The translations under genes and the position numbers were made by a program. The notes beneath the pieces were generated by a model. That model was not told the DNA's origin. It made no database searches and worked only from the letters and a program-made list of their open reading frames with translations. From Candidatus Uhrbacteria bacterium (GTDB lineage: Bacteria > Patescibacteriota > Patescibacteriia > UBA9934), in contig CALRCK010000002.1 of NCBI GenBank assembly GCA_943354605.1, forward strand, positions 71,186 through 135,185: DNA of 64,000 nucleotides, read 5' to 3'. This document shows, one piece after another, positions 38,878-49,571 of the stretch; the stretch's first letter is position 1; the number at the start of each line of letters is the position of its first letter.

Positions 38878-39702
38878 TCATTTCAATGGATCGTGACCTG
38901 AGGCGACCTCCTGGCTATCAGTATACCCGTCTCCGTCGGTATCTGCATTCGTGTCCGATGTGCCGAGCTTGTATTCCTCAAGAAGCGACAAACCATCGCT
39001 GTCTTGATCGATGGACAAGAACACATCCTCACAGGTTGCGGCTTGATCACCGCTAAACTGCGCACAACCCGCTGGATTTCCGCTTGCGACCACGGCATCG
39101 AGCTTTCCTTGGAATCCGCAGATTGAATCATTGATTCCGTACTTCGAGCATTCTCCTGCAGCGATCACAACGGAAACCAACTGCGCCTGACAAGTGGCTT
39201 TGGTTGCATCGTCGGTAATCGACGAACACATACTATAATCCTTTGCCTTTGTTGCTGCAGCAAATATTGCTTCATCCTCGCACGTCGACTGATCTAATCC
39301 TGAAAGCTCCGAGCATACGTCTTTATCGCCCGAATCCATCGCAATCAACGTCACACAGTTCGTGAGCTTTTTATCGGCCAACCCGGAGCACACCGACGAC
39401 TGCCCTGTGGTACGTGCCGCATCGGACCTCGCACGATCCTCGCATGCTTTTGGATCCTTGTCTGTCGCACACGACGCAGCAGCATTTTCAATAATGTTCT
39501 TTGCCTGATCCACTTTTGCGACATCAACGTGCGTCAGCGAATACGTTTGATATCCATAATACCCTACAACCCCAACGCCAATGACAATCCCAACCACCGC
39601 CAACATGCGCATGTGGTTCTTTCGTACTTTCCACCACGGCAAAGCCACAGGAGCCTGCTCGTCGAGCGAAAAGTAATTTTGGTTGTTGGGATCGATTGGC
39701 AT
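38878..39702 (-). CDS. Single-TM Cys-rich protein with C-terminal TSP3-like repeats
   Basis: Repeated Cys-paired helical units; DQDSDGL, DTDGDGY. Confidence 0.8.
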   Translation of the reverse strand: MPIDPNNQNYFSLDEQAPVALPWWKVRKNHMRMLAVVGIVIGVGVVGYYGYQTYSLTHVDVAKVDQAKNIIENAAASCATDKDPKACEDRARSDAARTTGQSSVCSGLADKKLTNCVTLIAMDSGDKDVCSELSGLDQSTCEDEAIFAAATKAKDYSMCSSITDDATKATCQAQLVSVVIAAGECSKYGINDSICGFQGKLDAVVASGNPAGCAQFSGDQAATCEDVFLSIDQDSDGLSLLEEYKLGTSDTNADTDGDGYTDSQEVASGHDPLK

Positions 39703-39715
39703 AGTGCGATGTTAC

Positions 39716-39840
39716 ATCGGGTTTCTCATTTGCGCCGAGTTTGGGTGCGTGACGAGCAAATCTCTTGAGACGTACTTCTCGGTACGTTGAACGAGTTTGC
39801 GATGACACAAGCCCAAAATCGGCCAAATGAGGAAGCCGAT
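39716..39840 (+). repeat. ~125-bp palindromic element, copy 8
   Basis: gagacgtac-ttctcg-gtacgttga core; abuts the stop codon of the giant gene. Confidence 0.88.
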
Positions 39841-42800
39841 CATGGGGCGCAGTAATCGATTCTGACATTACTCACGTTAATGGTGCCATCACCGCGGAAC
39901 GTAATCTGCACCGGAACCTCTGTCTCGTTCGTGCCGTCACACTCGAATCCGCTTGGCCACGGAAGTGTGATGTTGTGTGAATCGTCCACCTGACCTCGGT
40001 CCACCGATACCACACCGTCGGACGATGAAAGCAACACGGCCTGACCTTTGGTGATGGAGTCAATAATCGACGTGTATGCACCGGAAAGCTCAGATGACGT
40101 TGCACCGCTGTAAGAGTAATCAAGAAGGTTATTGTCGTTATAGTCCTCGCTCGAATCTGGATCCGATGTGGATTCATCGATGTCACACGATGACAGCGAC
40201 GACTCGGTTTTTGCACAAATCGTATTTGACGACCAGCGATCCATGCTCGTTTCCAGCGTATCCGTTGACGTCAATGCAAGAGAGTACAACTCTGTTCCGC
40301 TCTGAAGAACCGTCAACACATCAGCATCTGGTTCGTGTCCGGCGGTTGGTTCACCGTCGCTTAACAACACGATAATTCTGTCGGTATTCGCGGCGTATGC
40401 ATCGGTATTCGCGGCGAACAGAGCCATAGCATCCTGCAATCCTTCGTCCGCATACGTTCCGCCTCCAGCGCTATACCCAGCAATTCCTGCCGAACCCGTA
40501 AGAGTCGATTCATCGGACTCATCCAAGAAGACGGGGTTATTAGAACCATCTCTCGTGTCAATCGACGAGGAACTCGAGAAGCTCACAAGTCCGATATGCA
40601 CCTTGCTCCCCAGCTCATCGAACAATGTGCCGATTGCGGTCGTTAAACTTGCCTTTGCGACAACAAGACGCTCGTCGACCGTCGTGTCCGTGTCCGAGTC
40701 TGCGCCAAAGGCGTATCCCATCGATCCAGAGGTGTCCGTCACAAACACCACATACACTTCTGGTGGATTCGCATTACCAAAATCCACATCAGCAACAAGG
40801 TTGCCTGCAACCGTACACGCTGGAACCGTAATCGTTGCGGCATTTGGAAGACTTGCGGTACTTGATGAGTCGTACGAGTAAAGATCGACATCGCTTGTAT
40901 CAGCAGCTCCGGCCTGATTACTTGTGAGAAGAAGATCGATATTCGATGTTGAGGTTGGGCAGGTCGATGCACACGACGCGTCACACACCGGAGGGACCCA
41001 TGTACCCCCGCCATCACAGATCGCACCAGCAATATGAATCTCGCCGTTGTCGGTACCGCCATTGCACATGCCAATCTCGTAACAGTATGTGAGCGAATAT
41101 TGTTCAACACCAGAATCATCGATGTACGTGTGATACTCCGGATTTCCAGAAGCGTCGGTATGCGTTTCGTGCCATTCCTTTCCACTATCAGCAGGATCAC
41201 AGGTTCCTGCGAATGTATAGAGGTCTTCACTGGTGCTCCACCAATAGTACGGAACATCGGCACCGTCGCACACTTCGTCCCCATTCAACACGCCGTCGCC
41301 GCAGAATTCACCGGAAGACGTGGTGTAATAACAGCTCGTCGAACACGCCGTACACGTCGATTCGTAGGCGGAATCACATCCAGCGCCGTTCTCTGTGCCC
41401 TGGTCGCACTCCTCAACACCATCATAGATGTATCCGTCGCCGCAGACGTTCAACGTACAGGCTGTCGTACAATCATCAGTTGCAACGTCGTTGCCGTCGT
41501 CGCATTCTTCGTCACCGTCAACGACGCCGTTGCCACAATACTGGCCATTATAGTTGCAATAATTCCACGAATCCCATCCACACGTGGAGGACGAGTCTCC
41601 GTCGTCGCACGAACGGGTTCGATAGGTTTGATATGTCTGTCCAGCGGAATCACATGTTCCCCCGTTATCGACACAATACGCATGGAGTGCAAGTTCCGCT
41701 ATGAGAAGCGCCCCGCTACTAAACTCAGAGGACACCGACGTCGGCCATGCAGTGATATCGCACGGATATCCATCGTATGTTCCACCATCACAGACATGCG
41801 CTTCTGGACACGCTGCACCAACCCAGGCGCCACACGTTCCGGTTCCGCAATCAGCGCTTGTTGTGCATTCCGTGACACCGTCGCTGCACAGCGATCCGGC
41901 CCACGCATCGTCCGTCCCATCACACGATTCGACAGAGTCCACCACGGTGTCGCCGCAATAACTTGCCGCGCCGGAGCAGTCCCATGCACATGTGGTGTTT
42001 GGGTTTGCGCCGTATGTTCCGTTGCGGCCAATACACGAACCAACGCTTCCACCGTATGGTTTTGAATCCGCAAGCGCCGTCGTTGCATTGGAATCCCCAC
42101 AGTCACAGGCCTCGCCACCAGAAATCACACCGTCTCCGCAAAACGTTGCTGTGGTGTAGTCACAAAGGTCGCCGCAGTATCCATATTCTCCATTCATTGC
42201 GCCATCGTCGCAAGTTTCCGTGCCGTTCACCACACCATCGCCACAAGAATCTGCGCTGCATGTTGCGTCGGCAGCAACGGCGTCGTAGCCCGTACAGGTA
42301 CTGTTGCAATCAGCATTTGCGGTGCCGTCCGTATCGTCGGATGTGCCAGAAACACCATCGGCACCAACATCATACACACAGGCGGCAGCCTGAACATCGC
42401 CAATTTCACATGTTTCCGTAACGCCGCTTGCGTTCACACCAATAATGCCGTCACCACAAGCACTGGATGTGCCGTATACATCGCCGTCGCAGTAGGACGA
42501 CGTGTAGAATGTCACTTCGTCTGTGGTGTCGTCATCAAGGCTGTTCACCCAACTCGATGCCGTGTATTCCAATTCTGTTGCAAGTTCGTAGTCACGAGAA
42601 CCCACCGCACGATAGTGGTACACATACGAACCGTCTGGGCAGGAATAGGAACCGCTCGTTTGGTTCACGCAGGTTGCAGAATCATATCCGGAACATGCCG
42701 CATACGTATTCAACGGATCGGTTGGCAACGAAGTTTCATCCAGCGCGCCGCCAAGCGATTCAGACCACGACGTCCATGCGCTCGATGCAAGTGCACGAAC

Positions 42801-45800
42801 CGCTGTGCCAGACGACAACGTTGGCACCCCGTATGCAGACACCGCAATGGAAACGTCCTTCAAATCGGCAAGACGTTCCGTGTCACGGGTAATCTTGGCC
42901 TTGTCGTCAAGACACGTTTCTCCGGAAGGACAGTCTGCGTCCGCCGTACACGATGTTGATGCTGTCGCGCTACACACCGCGGTATCGGTAACGTTCGTGA
43001 GGAAGTGAATGTTCTCGAGCATCTGGTTGTACACCTCCTGCGTTACCGCCGACGCGCCTTCGTTGTACGAAATCACGAGAATGTTGGAATACAAACCGGA
43101 CGTCGTGGAGTTTGCAATTGCGATATACGTTGAACGATCATCGGTTACTGCCTGGAATCCATCCACTATTGTTTCGCTCGGGCTACCGGTGAAACCCTGA
43201 TCCTCATACCACGCCATTGGACTGAGATACTCTGCGTTGCTCAACAGACGAACACCAATAACATCACCAGCATCGTCCGTAGAAGCGGTGGACGACGTTG
43301 AATCGATCTCAAAAAGATATTCCTTCAGCACTTTGCTGGTTGGCGATGTTGGAGCGAGAACAACATTCACGTCCGGAAGATCGTCAGAGAAATCGTGCAG
43401 GGAGCACGTCTCGGTGTCGGGACAGTCACTGTCCGCATTGCACGAAGTGGTCGTTGTCACGCTACACGACCCAGAATCAGAACCGTAGTCCTTGCAATAC
43501 GCCACCGAGAAGTTCATGTAACCGCCCGGAAGCTCGGAAACGCCCGAATCCCCAGAAGCGTCGTCGGTCCATGGGTACGACGACAATGCTGGCCATGGAT
43601 TCTCACAAAGCAATGCCGTAACATCCGCAGAGCCATCAACAGTAGACGTCACCGTTTCACACGTCTCCGTAGCCGGACAGTCGCTATCGATGGAACAGCT
43701 CTGTGTCGTTGTCACGCTACATGCCTGCGCAGTTGTCGTGGAATCGGTGACTGTCGCCGTTGCAACGACCGTTGAATTACCATTATCGCCAACCGTGACG
43801 ACCGCTGCGGTGTCGAGCGCCGATGAACCACCTTGTGTTGCGGTGAACAGCGTCGTGTCAGCACTCTCCCATCCAGACCACACCCAACTGTACACGCCGT
43901 CGATACTCGTAATTTCTTGTCGAGTGCTGTTATCGTACGAGATTGGCGTCGCGGTAAAAGTGTGAGACTCTCCCGTTGTCGTAAAGGTGTTTGGACTTGT
44001 TTCGTCGGTATCGGTTACGTCCACCGCGTCGAGCGTACAGATATCGGTTCCTGTCGTGAACGTGACCGACTGCGTTCCCGCCATTCCTGCACCAAGCTTC
44101 GACGTGATTCCATCGGTGGTTTCGTCTGTGGTATCGTCATCGCCAACAAATACCAACGTGTAGCTCGAGCTCGCCTCGAGCGCCTGGCTGTAGTTGAGCG
44201 ATACTTTAAACGTTCCATCCCCCATGTCGGTCTGTGTGTACGAATCAATTGGCAAAACACAGTCGCCAGAACCTGCTGCACCCGCAGCTGCAGCAGCCTC
44301 AACATCCTCACCAAGGAAGAACGTGCGAATCGTTTGTATGATTCGCGCAAAGAAGCTCGTCTTTGTCATTGCGAGTTCCGTGTATCCATCTGGACATGCA
44401 TGTGCTCCGTTCAAATTCAATTTCACGTACATGTACGGCGTGGTGGTGGTCACTCCGTCTGTCGTCTCCTCATACGTAAACGATCCCTTGTCCATTTCCT
44501 CAGAAAATACTCCGTTGATTGCGGCGTTGCGGCACACCGACGTCCCAGACGGCGCAGAAGATTCAAGCGTTGGGCGTGGCACGCAGCAATGTGCTACACC
44601 AACACCGGTTGTTGTTGGGTCGGCACAGTCTTGGTCATTTGATGCTGAGCAGGTCAGCGCAAAGTCGGCAGTATCCGAAAGATCCGGCGCCTCTGCAATG
44701 GAGACGGTGACGACACCAATCGCTTCGTTCGTTGTTGGACTCACTTCAAGAACCGCGTCCGACGTCATGTACGCGACCTGCGTTGGATCTTCTCGGCCAT
44801 CACCGGTTACACTTGCGGATTCGCATGCACTGTATTCACCAGTTCCTGCAACGCCATCGCCACACACCGAAGGCGTCGCAAACTCCACGGACGATCCTTC
44901 AAAGGTACAGCTGCTCGTACAGCCTTCCGTTCCGGCCGCAGGGTCGCAATCTTCTCCTGCGCTTGTTGTTGCATCCTGCTCAACCGTTGCATTTCCACAG
45001 CAGTTTGTTGTAACAGTCGTTGTACATTTCGTCAGGCCTTCACGAATACAGATGGAAGAACATCCATCGTTGTTGTCAGTATTTCCGTCGTCGCACGTTT
45101 CATATGGCGCAGTAATTTCGCCGTCTCCACACAAGGCGCCACCCAACGACGCAAGACTCTGTGAGCCTTCTGGCAAACACAATCGCGAGCATCCGTCGCC
45201 GCTTGCATTATTGCCATCGTCGCACAGTTCACCGGCATGCGTTGTAGCGTCGTACACAATGTCGTTGTTGCCGCACGTTGCGCCAACGGACGCCGAACCT
45301 TCTGCTAAACAGGTCGCAGAGCATCCGTCCCCGTCTACAACATTTCCATCGTCACAACTTTCTGCGATATCACTCGAATACGTAACATCGATGACTGAAT
45401 TTCCACAACAATTCGTTTCGACTGTTCCACACGTCGATGCGGCGTATGCACAATCACTATCTGTTGTGCACGCTGTTCCGCTCACCGTACAAAGGGAGGT
45501 GGTGGCGTCGCACGTCTCCTGACACTCGCTGTCCGCGGTACACGTTGCCCCAGTTGAACTGCAGGTAAATGTGCACGCCGAAGACCCTTCCAACAAACAA
45601 CTTGATGAACAGCCATCATGATCCGTGGTGTTGCCGTCGTCGCATTCCTCACCGCTTCCGTCCGTTTCACGGTCAAGTGTTCCATCGCCACACACTGCTT
45701 GATACGGTGAGCTCCCTGCTGGAGTACACGACGACGAACACCCAGCAACAATGGACGACGATCCTCCGTCGAGCAATGCATCGTTTACCGTTTTCCATGC

Positions 45801-48800
45801 TGCCGTATATCCATCCGTTGCAGTATTTTGATCGGAATCTGGAATCGGGTTGGTCCATCCCCATGTATAGTCGGCTCCCGTCAGCTGTTGACCAGAGGTA
45901 GAGCACGAATCCGCGGCGCCGTATGCCTCAACGGTAAAAGCAGAGGTGTCCCCAACCGCCGCAACAACAATGCTCGATGGCAGCAAGGAAATACGTTCCA
46001 CTGCACACGCCGTACCGTCCTCACGAACACGGAATGTCCAAGAATAATCGGATCCGTAATTTGTTCGAATCAACGCCACACCGCTCGTGCTCGTCACATC
46101 TCCGGAAACAATAACGCGATAGTATTCTCCGGCCGTTAATGCTTCCGTTGGGAATTCAAATCCCGTACAACGCGTGGTATCGGTAGGATCGAACGTACAC
46201 GGAGGGTTTGAGTCAACAAATGTGAGGTTCGTGCAGAGCTCGTTCGAGCAATGATCAAGAACGATGTTCCCACCATCTTCAATATCCGTTTGAGTCATCG
46301 CCGTGTTGAACGATGCTGAAATTGCGGCATTTGTACAGGCTTCGGTACAGTCTGGGGCGTAACTCGAGATGTATGGATCGGTGAAGTTCACCGTTAATGT
46401 GGAGTCGTCAGAAACGCTTCCCGCTTCGCTCGCGTTCAACGCCGTTGCAGTCACCGCGGTAACGCCCTCAGCGAAGGCTTCAAGCGTTGCGCATGCTGAA
46501 GGATCTCCAACACATGTGGAGTCTGCTGTCGTATTGAAATCAACATACGAGTGGCTATCAAGCGACCAGCCCCACGTGTAGTCGCTACTATCCACAACGA
46601 CGCATCCCGTACCAGCATTTGCGGAAAAACCTGTCGTAGCATTTTTTTCCGCAAGCGTGTCTTCTGTTGGGGTAACCGTAACACGATCAACAACACACTG
46701 CTCTGACGACGTGGATGTCGTAAACTCCCATGTTACATCGCTCGCCATCGCAATGCTGTCGGTAGACATTGCTGCGGTTGAGATAGTGACTTGATACGTG
46801 GTATCCGTATCAAAATCGGAATCAGGAATCCACGTCACGCGAGAAACGGTGGATCCTGCAACGGTTGCAGTTCCAGAAACCGCTTCTGTCGTGGCACACG
46901 GATCGTCGCTTGGACTGCTCACCGACGCGGTACATTTCACCACCGATAGCGCATCTGAAACAGTCGCCTCGTTCATGAGTTCCGTAAATTCCGCATACAC
47001 CACTGCATTCACACAAATCTCACTTTGTTCGGAATAGCTATTGTTTGGAACCGCGGACACCGTGTCGTCTGAACATTCGGTCACCACACCAGGAACCGCC
47101 ATGATTTCTCCCGTTGAGAAATCCCAAGCGTATGCTCCAGCAACCTCGACCGCAGTCGTCGATTCCACCGCGCCAACGGTCAGGTTCACGGAGTTACTCT
47201 CCACGCCGGCCACCGTTACGGTAACCGGACCAGTCACCGCACCAGTAGGAACCTCAATCTGGATCTCGCTATTGTTCCATGATCCTGCAGTAATACTCGT
47301 CACATCGCTGTAGAACGTTACGGTGTCTGTATCAAGTCCAAAATGGTCACCGGCAATCGTGATACTTCCACCAACGTCTGCACTTGAGGTGATGCTACAA
47401 ATTCCTGGTGTAGGGTCGGCATCGGTTACCGTAAAATCCACCCCGGACGACGCTGTTCCCCCTCGTGGAGTAATGCTCACCGTGTACGCGCCAGCAGAAA
47501 GCGCCGTCCCGTTGTCCAACGTATCTGGAACAATAATAATCACCTCGTCGTCGTCCCAATAATCCGAGCTACATGCAGATGGGAAATCCACGCTTCCCGT
47601 TGCCGTATCGCCCGTAGAGCTCGTGAATGTCACCGTTCCAACGGACGTTCCAAAATTTGAGCCTGTCAATGTGACGTACTGTCCAATACCACCTTCAGAA
47701 GGACTAATGTCCACAATCGTCGCTGTTTCAGACGTTGCCTCAGTAACTTCAAATGCGATGGTATTCGACGCCTCGCCACCAACGGTAACTCCAACATCGT
47801 AGCTTCCGGCAGTCGCCTCTGGCACCGTAACCTTCACCGAGCTATCAGACCACGATGTGTATGATCCGGCTTCGGTCGAGGTAAACGTCACCGTGGACGT
47901 GTCTTGCGTGTCGCCAAAATTTGCACCAGAAAGTGTCAGTGCGGATGTTGACGTTCCTGTAGACTTCGATAGCGAGCACAAACCAGGATGAACAGTGTCG
48001 TTCACGTCGAAATTGGGAATAAGCTCACCAGAATCGTCGTCCGTAGTATCCGAAACATCGTCGGCGTTCGTGAGCGTAATCGGCCCATCGCCTGCACCAT
48101 CTGGAACCGCAACAACCACCTGTGTATCGCTCCATCCATCAGCACAGCTCGTAAGAATCTCTGCTTCAACGGTTCCCGTTCCTGCAGTATCGGTGAAGAG
48201 AATCGTTCCGGTGTTTGCACCAAAATCGGTTCCGGTAATGGTGACATACGTTCCCACCGCGCCGTCTTGCGGCGAAACGTCGGTAATCACGGGATTCGAA
48301 ACACAAACCCCGTCGGTACAGGATCCGCTCGAGCAATCACTATCCTCCGTACAGCTCGAACCATCACAAGCACCGCAATACGTTGTGGCAGTTGAATCGC
48401 CGCCACAATCAATACCCGTTTCGCCGAGATCGGTGTCTTCAACGCCGTTGTAGCACCATTCCGGCCTCGCGCGGACAGAAACCGTGTCGGAATCCTCGTT
48501 GCCAGCAAAATCGGTGACCGTCGCCTTGAATGTGTATCGGGTTCCGCTCACGAAACTCGACGTGTCGATGGTGGTGGAAATCGTTGTGTCTGTGGTGCCA
48601 TCGGCCGAAATGCTGTCTTGCCATTCGTCGTCCACCAAGAAATCTGCAGCCGAAACTCCAGCGTCGTCTGTGGCACCCACCTGAAAATCGGTCGTTGAAT
48701 CTGCGGGAACGGTGGACTCAGGAACCGTAATCGACGCCACCGGGTCCTCAGTATCAACGAGCGAGCCCGATGTAAATGTCGATGTACATGGTGTGGTGGT

Positions 48801-49562
48801 GTCGCACGTGATTGCCGTTCCGCCAGAGCTCAGTAATCCTGTTCCGATCGTCACCGTGAACGTCGCATTCTCATCAAAACAGAATCGATCCGAGTTTGGC
48901 TCCGGACACGCTGCCGCTGGAGTAAACGTGACGTGATTCCCGCTGGTGGTAAATGTTCCCGACACCGCAGTGCCAGACGCATCAGCAATCGTGATATTTG
49001 CATCGACCGCGGTACTATCAACCGTTTTACTAAACGTGATACGTGGGACGATATTGCGAATCGTTACCGATCCATCGGGCGAATATCCTGTTGCGGTAAA
49101 CGACGACGAACTTCCACCGCCTAAACCGTAACCGCTACCGCTACTTCCACTACTACCGCTCCCGCTTCCAGAGCCCGTGGCATTGGTGAGCGAAGAAATG
49201 ATAAATGTCGCGATGCTCCAGGACATCAGGATAATGATCAGTCCAATCACGGCATTGATGAGGATCTTTTTCGCCTTATCCACCTGATCCGGTCGGCCAG
49301 CGGCAGTCATCCATACAAAACCACCGTACACAATGAAACACACCAACACGATGCCGATGACACCAAGTCCTGTACGAATAATGTTTCCGACGATGATCTT
49401 CGGATCCGTCGTGCTCAAACCAGTTTCGTCACCAACAGACGTCAGTGTATCGGTGGTAACGTCTGCGGCCAAAGCAGTCGATGCATGAACGCCGAAAGCC
49501 CCAATGCCCAAAAGAAGGCTGAGGCTTATTGCGGTGCAAAGTTGGGCAATGCGACGTTTCAC
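39840..49562 (-). CDS. Giant (3240 aa) pilin-anchored adhesin: CPR/TrbC-like pilin N-terminus, Ig-like and IPT/TIG domains, Cys-rich CGDG..ECDDGN repeats, C-terminal vWA
   Basis: IVYGGFVWMTAAG..VDKAKKILINAVIGL; YVTITGTDFG; CDDGNxxxxDGCS repeats; VFVTDTSGSM and VLLSDGEP (MIDAS). Confidence 0.88.
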   Translation of the reverse strand: MKRRIAQLCTAISLSLLLGIGAFGVHASTALAADVTTDTLTSVGDETGLSTTDPKIIVGNIIRTGLGVIGIVLVCFIVYGGFVWMTAAGRPDQVDKAKKILINAVIGLIIILMSWSIATFIISSLTNATGSGSGSGSSGSSGSGYGLGGGSSSSFTATGYSPDGSVTIRNIVPRITFSKTVDSTAVDANITIADASGTAVSGTFTTSGNHVTFTPAAACPEPNSDRFCFDENATFTVTIGTGLLSSGGTAITCDTTTPCTSTFTSGSLVDTEDPVASITVPESTVPADSTTDFQVGATDDAGVSAADFLVDDEWQDSISADGTTDTTISTTIDTSSFVSGTRYTFKATVTDFAGNEDSDTVSVRARPEWCYNGVEDTDLGETGIDCGGDSTATTYCGACDGSSCTEDSDCSSGSCTDGVCVSNPVITDVSPQDGAVGTYVTITGTDFGANTGTILFTDTAGTGTVEAEILTSCADGWSDTQVVVAVPDGAGDGPITLTNADDVSDTTDDDSGELIPNFDVNDTVHPGLCSLSKSTGTSTSALTLSGANFGDTQDTSTVTFTSTEAGSYTSWSDSSVKVTVPEATAGSYDVGVTVGGEASNTIAFEVTEATSETATIVDISPSEGGIGQYVTLTGSNFGTSVGTVTFTSSTGDTATGSVDFPSACSSDYWDDDEVIIIVPDTLDNGTALSAGAYTVSITPRGGTASSGVDFTVTDADPTPGICSITSSADVGGSITIAGDHFGLDTDTVTFYSDVTSITAGSWNNSEIQIEVPTGAVTGPVTVTVAGVESNSVNLTVGAVESTTAVEVAGAYAWDFSTGEIMAVPGVVTECSDDTVSAVPNNSYSEQSEICVNAVVYAEFTELMNEATVSDALSVVKCTASVSSPSDDPCATTEAVSGTATVAGSTVSRVTWIPDSDFDTDTTYQVTISTAAMSTDSIAMASDVTWEFTTSTSSEQCVVDRVTVTPTEDTLAEKNATTGFSANAGTGCVVVDSSDYTWGWSLDSHSYVDFNTTADSTCVGDPSACATLEAFAEGVTAVTATALNASEAGSVSDDSTLTVNFTDPYISSYAPDCTEACTNAAISASFNTAMTQTDIEDGGNIVLDHCSNELCTNLTFVDSNPPCTFDPTDTTRCTGFEFPTEALTAGEYYRVIVSGDVTSTSGVALIRTNYGSDYSWTFRVREDGTACAVERISLLPSSIVVAAVGDTSAFTVEAYGAADSCSTSGQQLTGADYTWGWTNPIPDSDQNTATDGYTAAWKTVNDALLDGGSSSIVAGCSSSCTPAGSSPYQAVCGDGTLDRETDGSGEECDDGNTTDHDGCSSSCLLEGSSACTFTCSSTGATCTADSECQETCDATTSLCTVSGTACTTDSDCAYAASTCGTVETNCCGNSVIDVTYSSDIAESCDDGNVVDGDGCSATCLAEGSASVGATCGNNDIVYDATTHAGELCDDGNNASGDGCSRLCLPEGSQSLASLGGALCGDGEITAPYETCDDGNTDNNDGCSSICIREGLTKCTTTVTTNCCGNATVEQDATTSAGEDCDPAAGTEGCTSSCTFEGSSVEFATPSVCGDGVAGTGEYSACESASVTGDGREDPTQVAYMTSDAVLEVSPTTNEAIGVVTVSIAEAPDLSDTADFALTCSASNDQDCADPTTTGVGVAHCCVPRPTLESSAPSGTSVCRNAAINGVFSEEMDKGSFTYEETTDGVTTTTPYMYVKLNLNGAHACPDGYTELAMTKTSFFARIIQTIRTFFLGEDVEAAAAAGAAGSGDCVLPIDSYTQTDMGDGTFKVSLNYSQALEASSSYTLVFVGDDDTTDETTDGITSKLGAGMAGTQSVTFTTGTDICTLDAVDVTDTDETSPNTFTTTGESHTFTATPISYDNSTRQEITSIDGVYSWVWSGWESADTTLFTATQGGSSALDTAAVVTVGDNGNSTVVATATVTDSTTTAQACSVTTTQSCSIDSDCPATETCETVTSTVDGSADVTALLCENPWPALSSYPWTDDASGDSGVSELPGGYMNFSVAYCKDYGSDSGSCSVTTTTSCNADSDCPDTETCSLHDFSDDLPDVNVVLAPTSPTSKVLKEYLFEIDSTSSTASTDDAGDVIGVRLLSNAEYLSPMAWYEDQGFTGSPSETIVDGFQAVTDDRSTYIAIANSTTSGLYSNILVISYNEGASAVTQEVYNQMLENIHFLTNVTDTAVCSATASTSCTADADCPSGETCLDDKAKITRDTERLADLKDVSIAVSAYGVPTLSSGTAVRALASSAWTSWSESLGGALDETSLPTDPLNTYAACSGYDSATCVNQTSGSYSCPDGSYVYHYRAVGSRDYELATELEYTASSWVNSLDDDTTDEVTFYTSSYCDGDVYGTSSACGDGIIGVNASGVTETCEIGDVQAAACVYDVGADGVSGTSDDTDGTANADCNSTCTGYDAVAADATCSADSCGDGVVNGTETCDDGAMNGEYGYCGDLCDYTTATFCGDGVISGGEACDCGDSNATTALADSKPYGGSVGSCIGRNGTYGANPNTTCAWDCSGAASYCGDTVVDSVESCDGTDDAWAGSLCSDGVTECTTSADCGTGTCGAWVGAACPEAHVCDGGTYDGYPCDITAWPTSVSSEFSSGALLIAELALHAYCVDNGGTCDSAGQTYQTYRTRSCDDGDSSSTCGWDSWNYCNYNGQYCGNGVVDGDEECDDGNDVATDDCTTACTLNVCGDGYIYDGVEECDQGTENGAGCDSAYESTCTACSTSCYYTTSSGEFCGDGVLNGDEVCDGADVPYYWWSTSEDLYTFAGTCDPADSGKEWHETHTDASGNPEYHTYIDDSGVEQYSLTYCYEIGMCNGGTDNGEIHIAGAICDGGGTWVPPVCDASCASTCPTSTSNIDLLLTSNQAGAADTSDVDLYSYDSSSTASLPNAATITVPACTVAGNLVADVDFGNANPPEVYVVFVTDTSGSMGYAFGADSDTDTTVDERLVVAKASLTTAIGTLFDELGSKVHIGLVSFSSSSSIDTRDGSNNPVFLDESDESTLTGSAGIAGYSAGGGTYADEGLQDAMALFAANTDAYAANTDRIIVLLSDGEPTAGHEPDADVLTVLQSGTELYSLALTSTDTLETSMDRWSSNTICAKTESSLSSCDIDESTSDPDSSEDYNDNNLLDYSYSGATSSELSGAYTSIIDSITKGQAVLLSSSDGVVSVDRGQVDDSHNITLPWPSGFECDGTNETEVPVQITFRGDGTINVSNVRIDYCAP

Positions 49563-49571
49563 AAAGGTCGG